The notes under the pieces: model-generated
What the model was told of the DNA's origin: nothing
Database searches by the model: none
Seen by the model: the letters and a program-made list of their open reading frames with translations, nothing else
In this document: positions 9,419 to 19,640 of the stretch, piece by piece
Position numbering within the stretch: the stretch's first letter is position 1
How the letters are laid out: each line of letters begins with the position of its first letter
Assembly (NCBI GenBank): GCA_043426375.1
Contig: JBHWRC010000100.1
Coordinates: 5,359 to 69,358 of the forward strand
Length of the DNA stretch: 64,000 nucleotides
Direction of reading: 5' to 3'
DNA from: Anaerococcus sp.
Lineage (GTDB): Bacteria > Bacillota > Clostridia > Tissierellales > Peptoniphilaceae
Made by a program: the position numbers and the translations under genes

Positions 9419-12043
9419 ATGAGCACAAAATACGTTTATAACTTTGATGAAGGTAACAAAACAATGAGAGACCTTCTAGGTGGTAAGGGTGCAAACCTAG
9501 CAGAAATGACTAATATGGGAATCAATGTACCATATGGTTTTTCAGTAACTACAGAAGCTTGTATCAGATACTATAAAGAAGATAAAAAAATCTGGGATGA
9601 GCTTAATGACGAAATTACACAACACATCAAAGATCTAGAAAAACACAATGGCAAGACTTTTGGTAACAACGAAGACCCACTTCTAGTTTCAGTTAGGTCA
9701 GGCGCTCCAATATCAATGCCAGGTATGATGGATACAATCCTAAACCTAGGTCTAAATGATATAGCTGTTAAGGGCCTTGAAAATAAGACAAATAACAAGA
9801 GATTTGCTTATGACTCTTACAGAAGATTTATTCAAATGTTTTCTGACGTTGCTATGGGCTTTGATAAGAATAAATTCGAAGATGTCCTTAGTGCCAAAAA
9901 AGAAGAAAAAGGCGTTTCTACAGACCACGACCTTACAGCAGAAGACTTTGTAGATGTAGTTGAAAAATACAAAGAAGTTTATAAGGAATTATCTGGAGAA
10001 GAATTCCCACAAGATCCTAGAGCTCAACTAGATGCAGCAGTTTCTGCAGTATTTTCTTCATGGAATAACCCAAGAGCTATCCTTTATAGAAAACTTAACG
10101 ATATAGATGATAAAATGGGTACAGCTGTCAACGTTCAAACTATGGTATTTGGTAACATGGGCGAAACTTCTGGTACTGGTGTAGCATTTTCAAGAAACCC
10201 AGCCACTGGTGAAAACGTTCTATACGGTGAATACCTAATGAATGCCCAAGGTGAAGACGTAGTAGCCGGTGTAAGAACACCTGAACCAATCAGCCACCTA
10301 CATGACCTAATGCCTGAAGTTTATGATGAATTTTATAATACAGCTCAAACACTTGAAAAACACTACAAAGACATGCAAGATATGGAATTTACCATCCAAG
10401 ATGGCAAACTCTATATACTTCAAACAAGAAATGGTAAGAGAACTGCCCAAGCAGCTGTACAAGTAGCTGTAGATATGGTTAAAGAGGGTTTAGTTAGCGA
10501 AAAAGAAGCCCTTTTAAGGGTAAATCCACAAGACCTAGACGGTCTACTCCACCCTACTTTTACCCAAGAAGCTTTAGATAAGGCAGAAGCCCTTACAGTT
10601 GGTCTTGCAGCATCTCCAGGAGCGGCAGTAGGTAAAATTGCCTTCTCTGCAGCAGAAGCTACAAAGAGAGCAAAAGAAGGCGAAAAAGTAATCCTTGTTC
10701 GTGAAGAAACAAGCCCAGAAGACCTTGAAGGTATGGTATCAGCAGTTGGTATATTAACAGCTCGTGGCGGTATGACCTCACACGCTGCAGTAGTTGCAAG
10801 AGGTATGGGTAAGTGCTGTGTATCCGGTGCGTCAGATATCCACGTAAACGAACTTGAACATACTATAAGAGTAAATGGACAAGTCCTAACAGGTGAGGAT
10901 ACAATCTCTATCGATGGTTCTACTGGTGCAATCTATGCTGGTGCTCTAGCTACTCAACCACCACAAATGCACGGAGCATTCGGAGAATTCATGGAATGGG
11001 TAGATGAGTATAGGGATATGAAAGTAAGGACAAATGCTGATACACCAAGAGATGCCAAACAAGCCCTAGAATTTGGCGCAGAAGGTATCGGCCTATGTAG
11101 GACCGAACATATGTTCTTTGCTGACGATAGGATTTTCCAAGTTAGAAAGATGATCCTTGCATCAGATATAGAAACAAGACAAGCTGCCCTAGATAAGATT
11201 CTTCCAATGCAAGAAGAAGACTTCTACCAAATATACAAACTAATGGGTGAAAGACCTGTAACTGTAAGACTTCTAGACCCACCTCTTCACGAATTTTTAC
11301 CAAAGGGAGATAAGGAAATAGCTGACCTTGCCCTTGAATTAAAACTAGAACCAGCTAGAGTTAAGGAAAGAATCAAAGAGCTAGAAGAAGTAAACCCAAT
11401 GCTAGGCTTTAGAGGTCTTAGACTTGGCGTTATCTATCCAGAAATTTCTAGAATGCAAGCAAGAGCAATTATTAAAGCAGCAGTTAGACTAAACAAAGAG
11501 GGCGTAAAAGTTGTACCAGAAATCATGATTCCACTATCATCTGATGCCAACGAACTTTCCTTTGTAAAAGATGTTGTAAGAGAAGAGATAGAAAAAGTCT
11601 TTGAAGAGCAAGGCATGGAAATCAACTATCTACTTGGTACTATGATAGAAATTCCAAGAGCTGCTATAACAGCTGACGAAATTGCAAAAATCACAGACTT
11701 CTTTAGTTTCGGTACCAACGACCTTACACAAATGACCTACGGTCTATCAAGAGACGATGCAGGTAAATTCCTACCAGCTTATATAGATAAAGACATATTT
11801 GAAAAAGATCCTTTCCAAGTGTTAGACCAAAAAGGTGTTGGTTTCTTAGTAGAAACAGCTGTAGAAAAGGGACTTAAGGAAAATCCTGCCCTCCACCTTG
11901 GTATCTGTGGTGAACACGGTGGTGAACCAAACACTGTTAAATACCTATACAATGTAGGTCTTGACTATGTTTCTTGCTCACCATTCAGAGTTCCAATAGC
12001 AAAACTTGCAGCAGCCCAAGCAGCAATCGAAAAAAATAAATAG
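9419..12043 (+). CDS. ppdK: Pyruvate, phosphate dikinase
   Basis: LLGGKGANLAEM, PLLVSVRSGA, GGMTSHAAVVARG, GIGLCRTEHMF, GICGEHGG. Confidence 0.98.
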   Translation: MSTKYVYNFDEGNKTMRDLLGGKGANLAEMTNMGINVPYGFSVTTEACIRYYKEDKKIWDELNDEITQHIKDLEKHNGKTFGNNEDPLLVSVRSGAPISMPGMMDTILNLGLNDIAVKGLENKTNNKRFAYDSYRRFIQMFSDVAMGFDKNKFEDVLSAKKEEKGVSTDHDLTAEDFVDVVEKYKEVYKELSGEEFPQDPRAQLDAAVSAVFSSWNNPRAILYRKLNDIDDKMGTAVNVQTMVFGNMGETSGTGVAFSRNPATGENVLYGEYLMNAQGEDVVAGVRTPEPISHLHDLMPEVYDEFYNTAQTLEKHYKDMQDMEFTIQDGKLYILQTRNGKRTAQAAVQVAVDMVKEGLVSEKEALLRVNPQDLDGLLHPTFTQEALDKAEALTVGLAASPGAAVGKIAFSAAEATKRAKEGEKVILVREETSPEDLEGMVSAVGILTARGGMTSHAAVVARGMGKCCVSGASDIHVNELEHTIRVNGQVLTGEDTISIDGSTGAIYAGALATQPPQMHGAFGEFMEWVDEYRDMKVRTNADTPRDAKQALEFGAEGIGLCRTEHMFFADDRIFQVRKMILASDIETRQAALDKILPMQEEDFYQIYKLMGERPVTVRLLDPPLHEFLPKGDKEIADLALELKLEPARVKERIKELEEVNPMLGFRGLRLGVIYPEISRMQARAIIKAAVRLNKEGVKVVPEIMIPLSSDANELSFVKDVVREEIEKVFEEQGMEINYLLGTMIEIPRAAITADEIAKITDFFSFGTNDLTQMTYGLSRDDAGKFLPAYIDKDIFEKDPFQVLDQKGVGFLVETAVEKGLKENPALHLGICGEHGGEPNTVKYLYNVGLDYVSCSPFRVPIAKLAAAQAAIEKNK

Positions 12044-12048
12044 GATTT

Positions 12049-12089
12049 AAAAAAATTTCCCGGTTAAAATTCTAATCGGGAATTTTTTT
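12049..12089 (+). terminator. Terminator after ppdK
   Basis: AAAAAATTTCCCGGTT...AATCGGGAATTTTTTT hairpin. Confidence 0.75.
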
Positions 12090-12156
12090 ACCTAAAACTT
12101 GGAAATTAAATAATTTTGGGATAAAATCTTCAAATAATTTTATAATAGGAGACTTT

Positions 12157-12864
12157 ATGGATAAAATTAAAAATTTTAATGGAATCAATAGCGCTCAATT
12201 AAAATATATTGCTTTCATATCTATGTCTATCGATCATTTTAATAAGGCAATCATAACACCCTACCTAACAGGCTCTGGCCCACTTGTAATACTAACAACA
12301 ATTTTTGATGTCTTTGGCAGGATTGCCTTTCCTATCTTTTGCTTTTGTATTGTAGAAGGATTTTTCAAAACAAAATCACGCTGGTCATATCTAAGAAACC
12401 TACTTATTTTTGCAATAATTTCTTAAATCCCTTACGATATGTTCCAGTCAGCTGTCTTTATAAATACATGGTCACAAAATATTCTCTGGGGCCTAGCATT
12501 AGGGCTTTTTACAATCATGGTAATAGACAAAATAAAAGAGAAAATCAAAAAAAGACCCCTATGGATCTTTATTTCGATTATTCTTGTGGCCCTATCAAGC
12601 CTTGGCTCTATGCTAATTTTTGCTGACTACGAATACTATGCAATTATAATAATCTATATCTACTACCTTTTCTACGACAAAAGACTATTAGCATCAGGAC
12701 TAGGATACCTTGTTATTATAAAGGAAATCTACGCCATCCTTGGCTTTGCCACAGTTTTATTATATAATGGCGAAAAGGGTAAGCAAAACAAAATATTTAA
12801 CTACCTATTTTATCCTCTTCATCTTTTGATATTCGGGATAATAAGGATGGTTTTTAAAATCTAG
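12157..12864 (+). pseudogene. TraX-family membrane protein interrupted by an in-frame TAA
   Basis: LKYIAFISMSIDH, GRIAFPIF..VEGF..T, YNGEKG, YLFYPLHL. The track ORFs 12157 and 12439 share a frame, separated by TAA at 12424-12426 (IIS*IPYDM; family pattern SEIP). Confidence 0.85.
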
Positions 12865-13267
12865 GAATGGGTCTATAACCTACTCTTTTTTGTTTATAGA
12901 TTCCATAGATTAAAAATAAAATCAAAATACAAAAGTAAATCAAAACGGCGGGATTTTTGGATAAGATATATACTTCTTCAGGACTCATGCTTGGGGTAAT
13001 TTTTTTGATATTAGAAAAATAAATAATCATTCCGCCTATCTCACCAATCACCAGTCCGAACACATGACCTGTCATCAGTTTTTTTGAAATCTGAAATTTT
13101 TCAAAATAATTTAGACCTAAGATTATTAAAAAAAGAATATAATACCTGTCAGCCGTCCACTTTAATAGGTAAATAACTTGCGTGAAATATTTGTAGAGAA
13201 CTTGACTTATAATAAAGAGGAAAATTAACAATAGAATTTGTTTTACGCTATAATATATTTTCTCCAT
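12854..13267 (-). CDS. Hypothetical membrane protein
   Basis: 137 aa with about 4 hydrophobic segments; overlaps upstream gene end. Confidence 0.65.
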   Translation of the reverse strand: MEKIYYSVKQILLLIFLFIISQVLYKYFTQVIYLLKWTADRYYILFLIILGLNYFEKFQISKKLMTGHVFGLVIGEIGGMIIYFSNIKKITPSMSPEEVYILSKNPAVLIYFCILILFLIYGIYKQKRVGYRPIPRF

Positions 13268-13535
13268 CTCTTCTCCCTTTGATTAACGAGTAGGAATTAA
13301 TCATAATAGACATAATCACACAGACCCAAAGTGCTTTAGAGATTGTAGGCATGGTATCCATTAGGCCTCCCAGGTCTCCTCTAACAACTCTTCCTGCCCC
13401 ATCGGCATAAAAAGCACATACACTTAGACTTGTAAAAGACATGCTCAAAAATCTAAAGATATTAGCTTTGTTTTTATAATTTATAATATTAAATAAGGCG
13501 AAAATTATTGCCGCCGCCCCAAAAATCATCCACAT
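13248..13535 (-). CDS. Small hypothetical membrane protein
   Basis: 95 aa, 3 hydrophobic segments, AAGGA RBS. Confidence 0.7.
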   Translation of the reverse strand: MWMIFGAAAIIFALFNIINYKNKANIFRFLSMSFTSLSVCAFYADGAGRVVRGDLGGLMDTMPTISKALWVCVIMSIMINSYSLIKGRRDGENIL

Positions 13536-13549
13536 TAATAAGCTTCCTT

Positions 13550-13830
13550 TTATATATATTTCTTAATTATAATCCCAAAATAGATTGTCATGAAAATAGC
13601 AATAAGACCTGCTATTATTCTCTTATTGGCTCCCATTTCTGTGGCAAAAATAGCATAGGCAAATAGAGTTAGAATCACGATTGTATAGTAAAATAAGACT
13701 ATGCCCCTTGTTGCGATTTTCACCGTGGTTGAATTTTTATCTTCAAAAGATTTCCTCAAAATAAAGTAGAAAAATCTCATAAAAACTATTAGTAGCAATA
13801 AATAAAGTGCTTTTCCTAAAAATTCAACAT
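13550..13830 (-). CDS. Small membrane protein, start uncertain (possible 5' frameshift)
   Basis: Hydrophobic ORF. The RBS-linked ATG at 13830 is out of frame (ATG TTG AAT TTT TAG); first in-frame ATG is 13780. The track's extension to 13939 crosses a terminator. Confidence 0.5.
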
Positions 13831-13898
13831 TATTTCCTTTCTTACTTATATAATCTATTTTACTTTTTTTGCCATTTCTATCTAAAAAATTTAAAAGA

Positions 13899-13919
13899 GA
13901 AAAAAGTGGATTAACCACT
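13899..13919 (-). terminator. Terminator overlapping lipoprotein stop
   Basis: Minus strand AGTGG-TTAAT-CCACT followed by T-tract. Confidence 0.55.
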
Positions 13920-14513
13920 GCTATTTTTCCTATCTTCAAGCCTTAATTCCAGAATCATACCTGAATATTCCTTATTATTTTTTATCCAATCTCTTATATC
14001 ATCTTCATGAAATATTGGTGTTATCAAAGAATTAGCTTCATTAGAAAAACTTGCAAATACAGGGTAAACTTCTCCATCTTTTATTACACCACCATTATCC
14101 CACTGCCAGCCATTTGCCATCTTGTGATTAAGTTTTTTATCTTTAAATTCATAGTGAGTAAGTACAGAAGTTTTATTATCCGATAGATCATATATATATA
14201 TTTTGCTAGAATTTACCGCTATACCAAGCTTGTCCGTATCTTCTATTTTAGGAAGCTCAATATCAAAAGCTTCAAGGATTTCCCCATTTTCATAGGTTGA
14301 AAGGGTCAGACGAAGATCATCAGGTCTTATTCCCTTGAAGGAATAGACACCTGCTCCATAATCTAAATTATCTCCCCCGTCAAAGGTGTCAAACACGTTA
14401 AGCTCATAGTCTTCTTTTGTTAGCATAACATCTTCTGCATTTTTTACATCTACTTTGCAAGCCGCTAAACTTATAATTAAAAGTAGACTTAATAAGATAT
14501 TTCTCTTTTTCAT
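13911..14513 (-). CDS. Putative lipoprotein
   Basis: MKKRN + hydrophobic stretch + lipobox LAAC. Confidence 0.8.
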   Translation of the reverse strand: MKKRNILLSLLLIISLAACKVDVKNAEDVMLTKEDYELNVFDTFDGGDNLDYGAGVYSFKGIRPDDLRLTLSTYENGEILEAFDIELPKIEDTDKLGIAVNSSKIYIYDLSDNKTSVLTHYEFKDKKLNHKMANGWQWDNGGVIKDGEVYPVFASFSNEANSLITPIFHEDDIRDWIKNNKEYSGMILELRLEDRKNSSG

Positions 14514-14535
14514 ATTCCCTCCTACAATAAGGAAA

Positions 14536-15120
14536 TTACTCTTCTTTTTTATCTAAGATAAGCTCAAAGGCTAAAATCTTAAGATCCTTATCTTCCTCAG
14601 TCATTTTTCTAAGGTCTTCTTTAGTGATATTTTTTATATCAATATCCTTATCATCCTTGGACATGCCAACAAAAAGGATAGTTGATTCCTTATCCTTAAT
14701 ATCTCCTTGATCTAGCCAATAAGTTTTGTTAAAATAGTCCTTGTCTATAGCGGAATCTGACTCATAACTTACATTATAATTTACTTTATCTCCATCTATC
14801 CTAAAGTCGGTATATGAATTTTCATTAAAACCAATACCAAGCAATGAATTATCTTTGACATCAATTAAAGGTCCATCTACAAAGTCATTAACTTCCCCGT
14901 CTTTTATAGAAAATAGTTTCATCTCTAGCTTTTCTGTGTCGAGTCCTTTTAGGGAATAAGTATTGTAAGCAAGGTCCAATTTATTTTCTTCACCAAAATA
15001 CTCAACAACATCTACATCTGTCTTAGCCTCGCTTATTTTTACGCCATGATCTAAATTAGCTTCCTTATTGCATCCTGTAAAAGCAAGAGCCAAGGCACAA
15101 ATTAATAAAAACTTTTTCAT
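14536..15120 (-). CDS. Putative lipoprotein, paralog of neighbour
   Basis: MKK + hydrophobic stretch + lipobox FTGC; motifs shared with 13911-14513. Confidence 0.8.
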   Translation of the reverse strand: MKKFLLICALALAFTGCNKEANLDHGVKISEAKTDVDVVEYFGEENKLDLAYNTYSLKGLDTEKLEMKLFSIKDGEVNDFVDGPLIDVKDNSLLGIGFNENSYTDFRIDGDKVNYNVSYESDSAIDKDYFNKTYWLDQGDIKDKESTILFVGMSKDDKDIDIKNITKEDLRKMTEEDKDLKILAFELILDKKEE

Positions 15121-15198
15121 ACTGTCCTCCTTTATCTTGATAACTTCATTATATCACAAATCAAAATAGAAAAAAAAGGATTTCACAAAAAATGTTTC

Positions 15199-15223
15199 AA
15201 AAAAAAAGCGGGCGGACCCGCTT
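15199..15223 (-). terminator. Terminator of pur-fhs operon
   Basis: AAGCGGG-CGGA-CCCGCTT with 9-nt A tract (U tract on minus strand). Confidence 0.8.
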
Positions 15224-15228
15224 AATTT

Positions 15229-16872
15229 CTAGAATAAGTTTATAATATTATCATTTTCGTCAACGTCTATATCTAGGGCGTTTGGATGTTTTGGAAGGCC
15301 TGGCATGGTTAGGACCTTGTTTAAGTAGGCTACTATGAATCTAGCTCCTGTATTGATTTTTATATCAGAAACTGTGATTTCAAAGCCTTCAGGTCTGCCC
15401 TTTATTTTACCATCATCAGTAAGAGATGCTGGAGTTTTGGCCATGCATACTGGATAGTCTCTATAGCCAAGAGAGTCGATTTTTTCTAATACTTCCCTTG
15501 CTTCATCGGTGAAATTAACCTTAGCTGCTCCGTAGATTTCTTTGGCTATTGTGTTAATTTTCTCTTCTGTGGATAGGTTATCTTCATATAGAAGTTTCAT
15601 TTCTTTATCATTTCCTTCTACAAGTTTTACAAGCTTTTCTGCAAGGTCTACTGCACCTTCGCCACCCTTTGCCCATACTTGAGTTAGGGAGAATTCTACA
15701 CCAAATTCTTTTGCCCATTCTTCCATGAATTTAATTTCAGCTTCAGTATCTGTCACAAATTCATTTAGGGCAACTATTACTGGTAGGTCGTATTTTCTCA
15801 TGTTTTCCACGTGCTTTTCTAGGTTTTTAACCCCTTCTTTAAGAGCGTCTAGGTTTTCTTCTTTTAAATTTCCCTCATCTACTCCGCCGTGAAGCTTAAG
15901 GGCCTTGATTGTTGCAACTACAACAGTTGCCTTTGGTTTTAGACCTGATACCCTACATTTGATGTCTAAAAACTTCTCAGCACCTAAATCTGCTCCAAAA
16001 CCTGCCTCTGTAATTACATAATCAGAGTATTTAAGGGCTGTTTTTGTAGCAATTACTGAGTTACAGCCGTGAGCTATGTTTGCAAATGGTCCACCATGGA
16101 TTATAGCAGGGTTGTTTTCTAATGTTTGAACTAGGTTTGGATTCATAGCATCTTTTAGGATTGCTACAACAACACCTTCAACATCCAAATCTTTTGCAAA
16201 AATTGGCTCATCTTTTTCATTATAACCAACAAGGATATCACCAATTCTAGATCTTAGGTCGTCTAAGTCTTCTGCTAGGCAAAGAATGGCCATGATTTCA
16301 CTTGCAACTGTAATATCAAAAGAAGATTCCCTCTCATCCTTTTTGTTTGCGTTGATTTTAATATTTCTAAGAGCTCTTTCGTTCATGTCCATGACGTAGT
16401 TAAACATTACCTTTTTAAATCCAAGCTCATTTCCTTGGAAGATGTGGTTGTTTATAACTGCCATAATCGCATTGTGAGCTGATGTGATTGCGTGGAAATC
16501 TCCATTAAAGTGGAGGTTAATCTCATCCATTGGCACAACTTGGGCATAGCCTCCGCCTGTTGCTCCACCTTTTCTACCTAAAACTGGTCCAAAAGATGGT
16601 TCTCTAAGGGCAACTGTAGATTTTTTGCCGATTTTATTTAGACCGTCAGACAGGCCTACTGTCACAGTTGACTTACCTTCTCCTGATGAGGTTGGGTTTA
16701 TAGATGTGACTAGAACTAGATTTTCAGATAGATTGTCAAATTTTTCTCTTTTTATCTTTGCCTTATAGTTCCCATATTTTATTAGCTTATCTTCCGATAT
16801 ACCAATTTTAGCTGCAACGTCTTCTATTTTTTCTTTTGTCGCACTTAGCGAAATTTCGTAATCTGTTTTCAT
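15229..16872 (-). CDS. fhs: Formate--tetrahydrofolate ligase
   Basis: PTSSGEGKST, KGGATGGGYAQV, HGGPFANIAHGCNS, TEAGFGADLGAEKF. Confidence 0.97.
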   Translation of the reverse strand: MKTDYEISLSATKEKIEDVAAKIGISEDKLIKYGNYKAKIKREKFDNLSENLVLVTSINPTSSGEGKSTVTVGLSDGLNKIGKKSTVALREPSFGPVLGRKGGATGGGYAQVVPMDEINLHFNGDFHAITSAHNAIMAVINNHIFQGNELGFKKVMFNYVMDMNERALRNIKINANKKDERESSFDITVASEIMAILCLAEDLDDLRSRIGDILVGYNEKDEPIFAKDLDVEGVVVAILKDAMNPNLVQTLENNPAIIHGGPFANIAHGCNSVIATKTALKYSDYVITEAGFGADLGAEKFLDIKCRVSGLKPKATVVVATIKALKLHGGVDEGNLKEENLDALKEGVKNLEKHVENMRKYDLPVIVALNEFVTDTEAEIKFMEEWAKEFGVEFSLTQVWAKGGEGAVDLAEKLVKLVEGNDKEMKLLYEDNLSTEEKINTIAKEIYGAAKVNFTDEAREVLEKIDSLGYRDYPVCMAKTPASLTDDGKIKGRPEGFEITVSDIKINTGARFIVAYLNKVLTMPGLPKHPNALDIDVDENDNIINLF

Positions 16873-16882
16873 TAATTCACCT

Positions 16883-18118
16883 CTATAAAGATAAATGTCC
16901 TATATCTTTTCTGTAGAAAAGATTTTCGCACTTAATTTTTTCAACATCCCTATAAGCGGCATCTCTCGCTTCTGCAAGATTGTCTCCCTCTCCGCACACT
17001 ATTAGGACTCTTCCGCCATTTGTAAGAATATTATCGTTCTCTTCTTTTGTACCCATATGGAAAATTTTTGAATCAAGAGTATCAAGCCCCTCTATTTCAA
17101 ATCCCTTGTCATAGTCTTCTGGATAACCCTTTGAGGCAAGGACAACACCTATATAGGCCTTGTCATTCCACTTAATTTCAAATTCTTCCCCATCGATAAC
17201 TTTATTTGCTATATCAAAAAGTGAAGACTCCATAGCTAGCATTATTAGTTCTGTCTCAGGATCTCCAAAACGTACGTTGTATTCAATGGTTTTGATCCCA
17301 TCCTTTGTTTTCATAAGGCCTGCAAAAAGGACTCCCTTAAAGACTCTTTCTTCTTCAATCATCCCAAGGGCAGTTGGTTTTAGTACCTTTTCTATGGCTT
17401 CTTCTATGTCAGAATATGTGATATTTTTTATTGGCATATAAACGCCCATACCACCTGTATTTGGGCCCTTATCATTATCAAAGGCTCTCTTGTGGTCTTG
17501 GACAACCTTCATTGGCATAATTTTTTCACCTGACACAAAGGCTAATAGAGAAAACTCTTCGCCTTCTAAGAATTCCTCAATCACAACAGAAGCACCGGCT
17601 TCTGCGAATTTCTTATTGACCATGATTTCTTCAAGGGCAGCTTTTCCTTCATTTAGGTCTTGGGCAATTATTACACCCTTACCTGCCGCAATCCCGTCAG
17701 CCTTAATTACAAGTGGAAAGTCAGATTTTTCGATATAGGCTAGAGCTTTTTTAAAATCTGTAAAATTCTCGTAGGCTGCTGTTGGAATCTCATATTTTTT
17801 CATAAAATCTTTAGCAAAGGCCTTTGACCCTTCAAGTATGGCGGCGTCTTTATTTGGCCCAAAAACTCTAATTCCAGCTCGCTCTAATTTATCAGTAAGT
17901 CCATCTACTAAATATGCTTCTGGTCCTATAATTACAAGGTCAATATCTTTTTCCTTGCAAAAATCGGATAAGTTTTCTTCTTCTATATCAATGCAAGTGC
18001 CAAAACGGGACACTCCAGGATTTTCTCCCAGCATATAAATTTCGTGGCCTTCCCTATTTAATTTATCAGAAATAGCATGCTCCCTACCGCCATTTCCTAC
18101 TATTAGTACTCTTTTCAT
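16883..18118 (-). CDS. purD: Phosphoribosylamine--glycine ligase
   Basis: GNGGREHA, LEGSKAFAK, GPNTGGMG, EYNVRFGDPE. Confidence 0.97.
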   Translation of the reverse strand: MKRVLIVGNGGREHAISDKLNREGHEIYMLGENPGVSRFGTCIDIEEENLSDFCKEKDIDLVIIGPEAYLVDGLTDKLERAGIRVFGPNKDAAILEGSKAFAKDFMKKYEIPTAAYENFTDFKKALAYIEKSDFPLVIKADGIAAGKGVIIAQDLNEGKAALEEIMVNKKFAEAGASVVIEEFLEGEEFSLLAFVSGEKIMPMKVVQDHKRAFDNDKGPNTGGMGVYMPIKNITYSDIEEAIEKVLKPTALGMIEEERVFKGVLFAGLMKTKDGIKTIEYNVRFGDPETELIMLAMESSLFDIANKVIDGEEFEIKWNDKAYIGVVLASKGYPEDYDKGFEIEGLDTLDSKIFHMGTKEENDNILTNGGRVLIVCGEGDNLAEARDAAYRDVEKIKCENLFYRKDIGHLSL

Positions 18119-18119
18119 A

Positions 18120-19640
18120 TTAATGTTTAAAGTGGCGCATGCCTGTAAATACCATGGCTATACCATTTTCATCACAAGCTTCGATTGATTCTTCATCACG
18201 AATTGATCCACCTGGTTGGATAATTGCGCTGATTCCGTATTTGGCAGCAAAGTCAACACTGTCCCTAAATGGGAAGAAGGCATCTGATGCAAGGACAGCT
18301 CCCTTCGCCTTATCTCCTGCTTGTTTTATAGCTATTTCAACTGCTCCTACCCTATTCATTTGACCTGCTCCAACTCCTAGAGTTTGACCGTCTTTGGCAA
18401 TGAGGATTGCATTTGATTTGACGTGTTTAACAACCTTATAGGCAAATAATAGGTCTTTAAGTTCATCCCCGCTAGGTTTTCTTTCTGTAGCAGTTTCGAG
18501 CTTGTCATAGACCCTATCGTCATAATTTTGGACTAGGATACCGCCCCTAACAGATTTTATTAGCTTGCCATTTTCCTTGGTTTTTTCCGGAATCTTATAT
18601 AGTCTTATATTTTTCTTTTGCTTCAAAATCTCAAGGGCTTCATCTTCATAATCGTAGGCTAGGACGATTTCTAGGAAAATTTCGTTCATTTTTTCTGCAG
18701 TAGCCTTATCGATTGTCCCGTTTATTGCAATTATGCCACCAAAGATTGACACAGGATCTGCTTCAAAGGCCCTAGTGTAGGCTTCAAATACAGTCTCGCC
18801 TATAGCAACCCCGCATGGGTTCATATGTTTTAGGCCAACACAAACTGTCTCGTCAAATTCCCATAAGATATCAAGCGCAGCTGATGCATCTTGGATGTTG
18901 TTATAGGACATTTTCTTTCCGTGAAGCTGTTTAGCATCTTGTAAGGCATAAGAAACTTTCTCATCTGATACATAGAAGGATGCCTTTTGGTGTGGGTTTT
19001 CACCATATCTTAGTTCGTCTTCTAGTTTATAATTTAAGGATATAGTATTATCTTTTTCACCAACCTTTCCTGCAAAATAATTAGCAATCAAGGTATCATA
19101 TTCGCTTGTTTTCTTAAAGACCTTGTAGGCAAGCTTTTCCCTTGTTTCAAGACTTGTATCGCCATCTTTGAGGAGTTCTTTGATGACTGTATCATAGTCG
19201 TTTTTGTCTGTGACAACTGTCACAAACTTATAATTTTTGGCTGCAGATCTTAGCATAGAAGGACCACCTATATCTATGTTTTCTATGATTTCATCATGGC
19301 TAACCCCTTCTTTTTTAAGGGTTTCTGCAAATGGATATAAGTTCACGCAGACAAGGTCGATATAGTCAATTTCATTTTCCTTAAGCTCTTTTGTATGGTC
19401 TTCATTATCTCTTTTTGAAAGAAGGCCGCCGTGAACTTTTGGATGTAGGGTTTTGACCCTACCTTCTAGGATTTCTGGAAAACCTGTATATTCTTCAATA
19501 GGTGTACAAGTCACTCCATTTTCCCTAAGGTGGTTAAGAGTTCCACCTGTGGATACAATTTCAAAATCATTTTCTATTAAGTTTTTGGCAAATTCTGCAA
19601 CTCCTGCCTTATCACTTACACTTATTAAAGCCTTTCTCAT
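18120..19640 (-). CDS. purH: Bifunctional AICAR transformylase/IMP cyclohydrolase
   Basis: ALISVSDK, GRVKTLHP, IDIGGP, LRYGENPHQ, ASDAFFPF. Confidence 0.97.
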   Translation of the reverse strand: MRKALISVSDKAGVAEFAKNLIENDFEIVSTGGTLNHLRENGVTCTPIEEYTGFPEILEGRVKTLHPKVHGGLLSKRDNEDHTKELKENEIDYIDLVCVNLYPFAETLKKEGVSHDEIIENIDIGGPSMLRSAAKNYKFVTVVTDKNDYDTVIKELLKDGDTSLETREKLAYKVFKKTSEYDTLIANYFAGKVGEKDNTISLNYKLEDELRYGENPHQKASFYVSDEKVSYALQDAKQLHGKKMSYNNIQDASAALDILWEFDETVCVGLKHMNPCGVAIGETVFEAYTRAFEADPVSIFGGIIAINGTIDKATAEKMNEIFLEIVLAYDYEDEALEILKQKKNIRLYKIPEKTKENGKLIKSVRGGILVQNYDDRVYDKLETATERKPSGDELKDLLFAYKVVKHVKSNAILIAKDGQTLGVGAGQMNRVGAVEIAIKQAGDKAKGAVLASDAFFPFRDSVDFAAKYGISAIIQPGGSIRDEESIEACDENGIAMVFTGMRHFKH

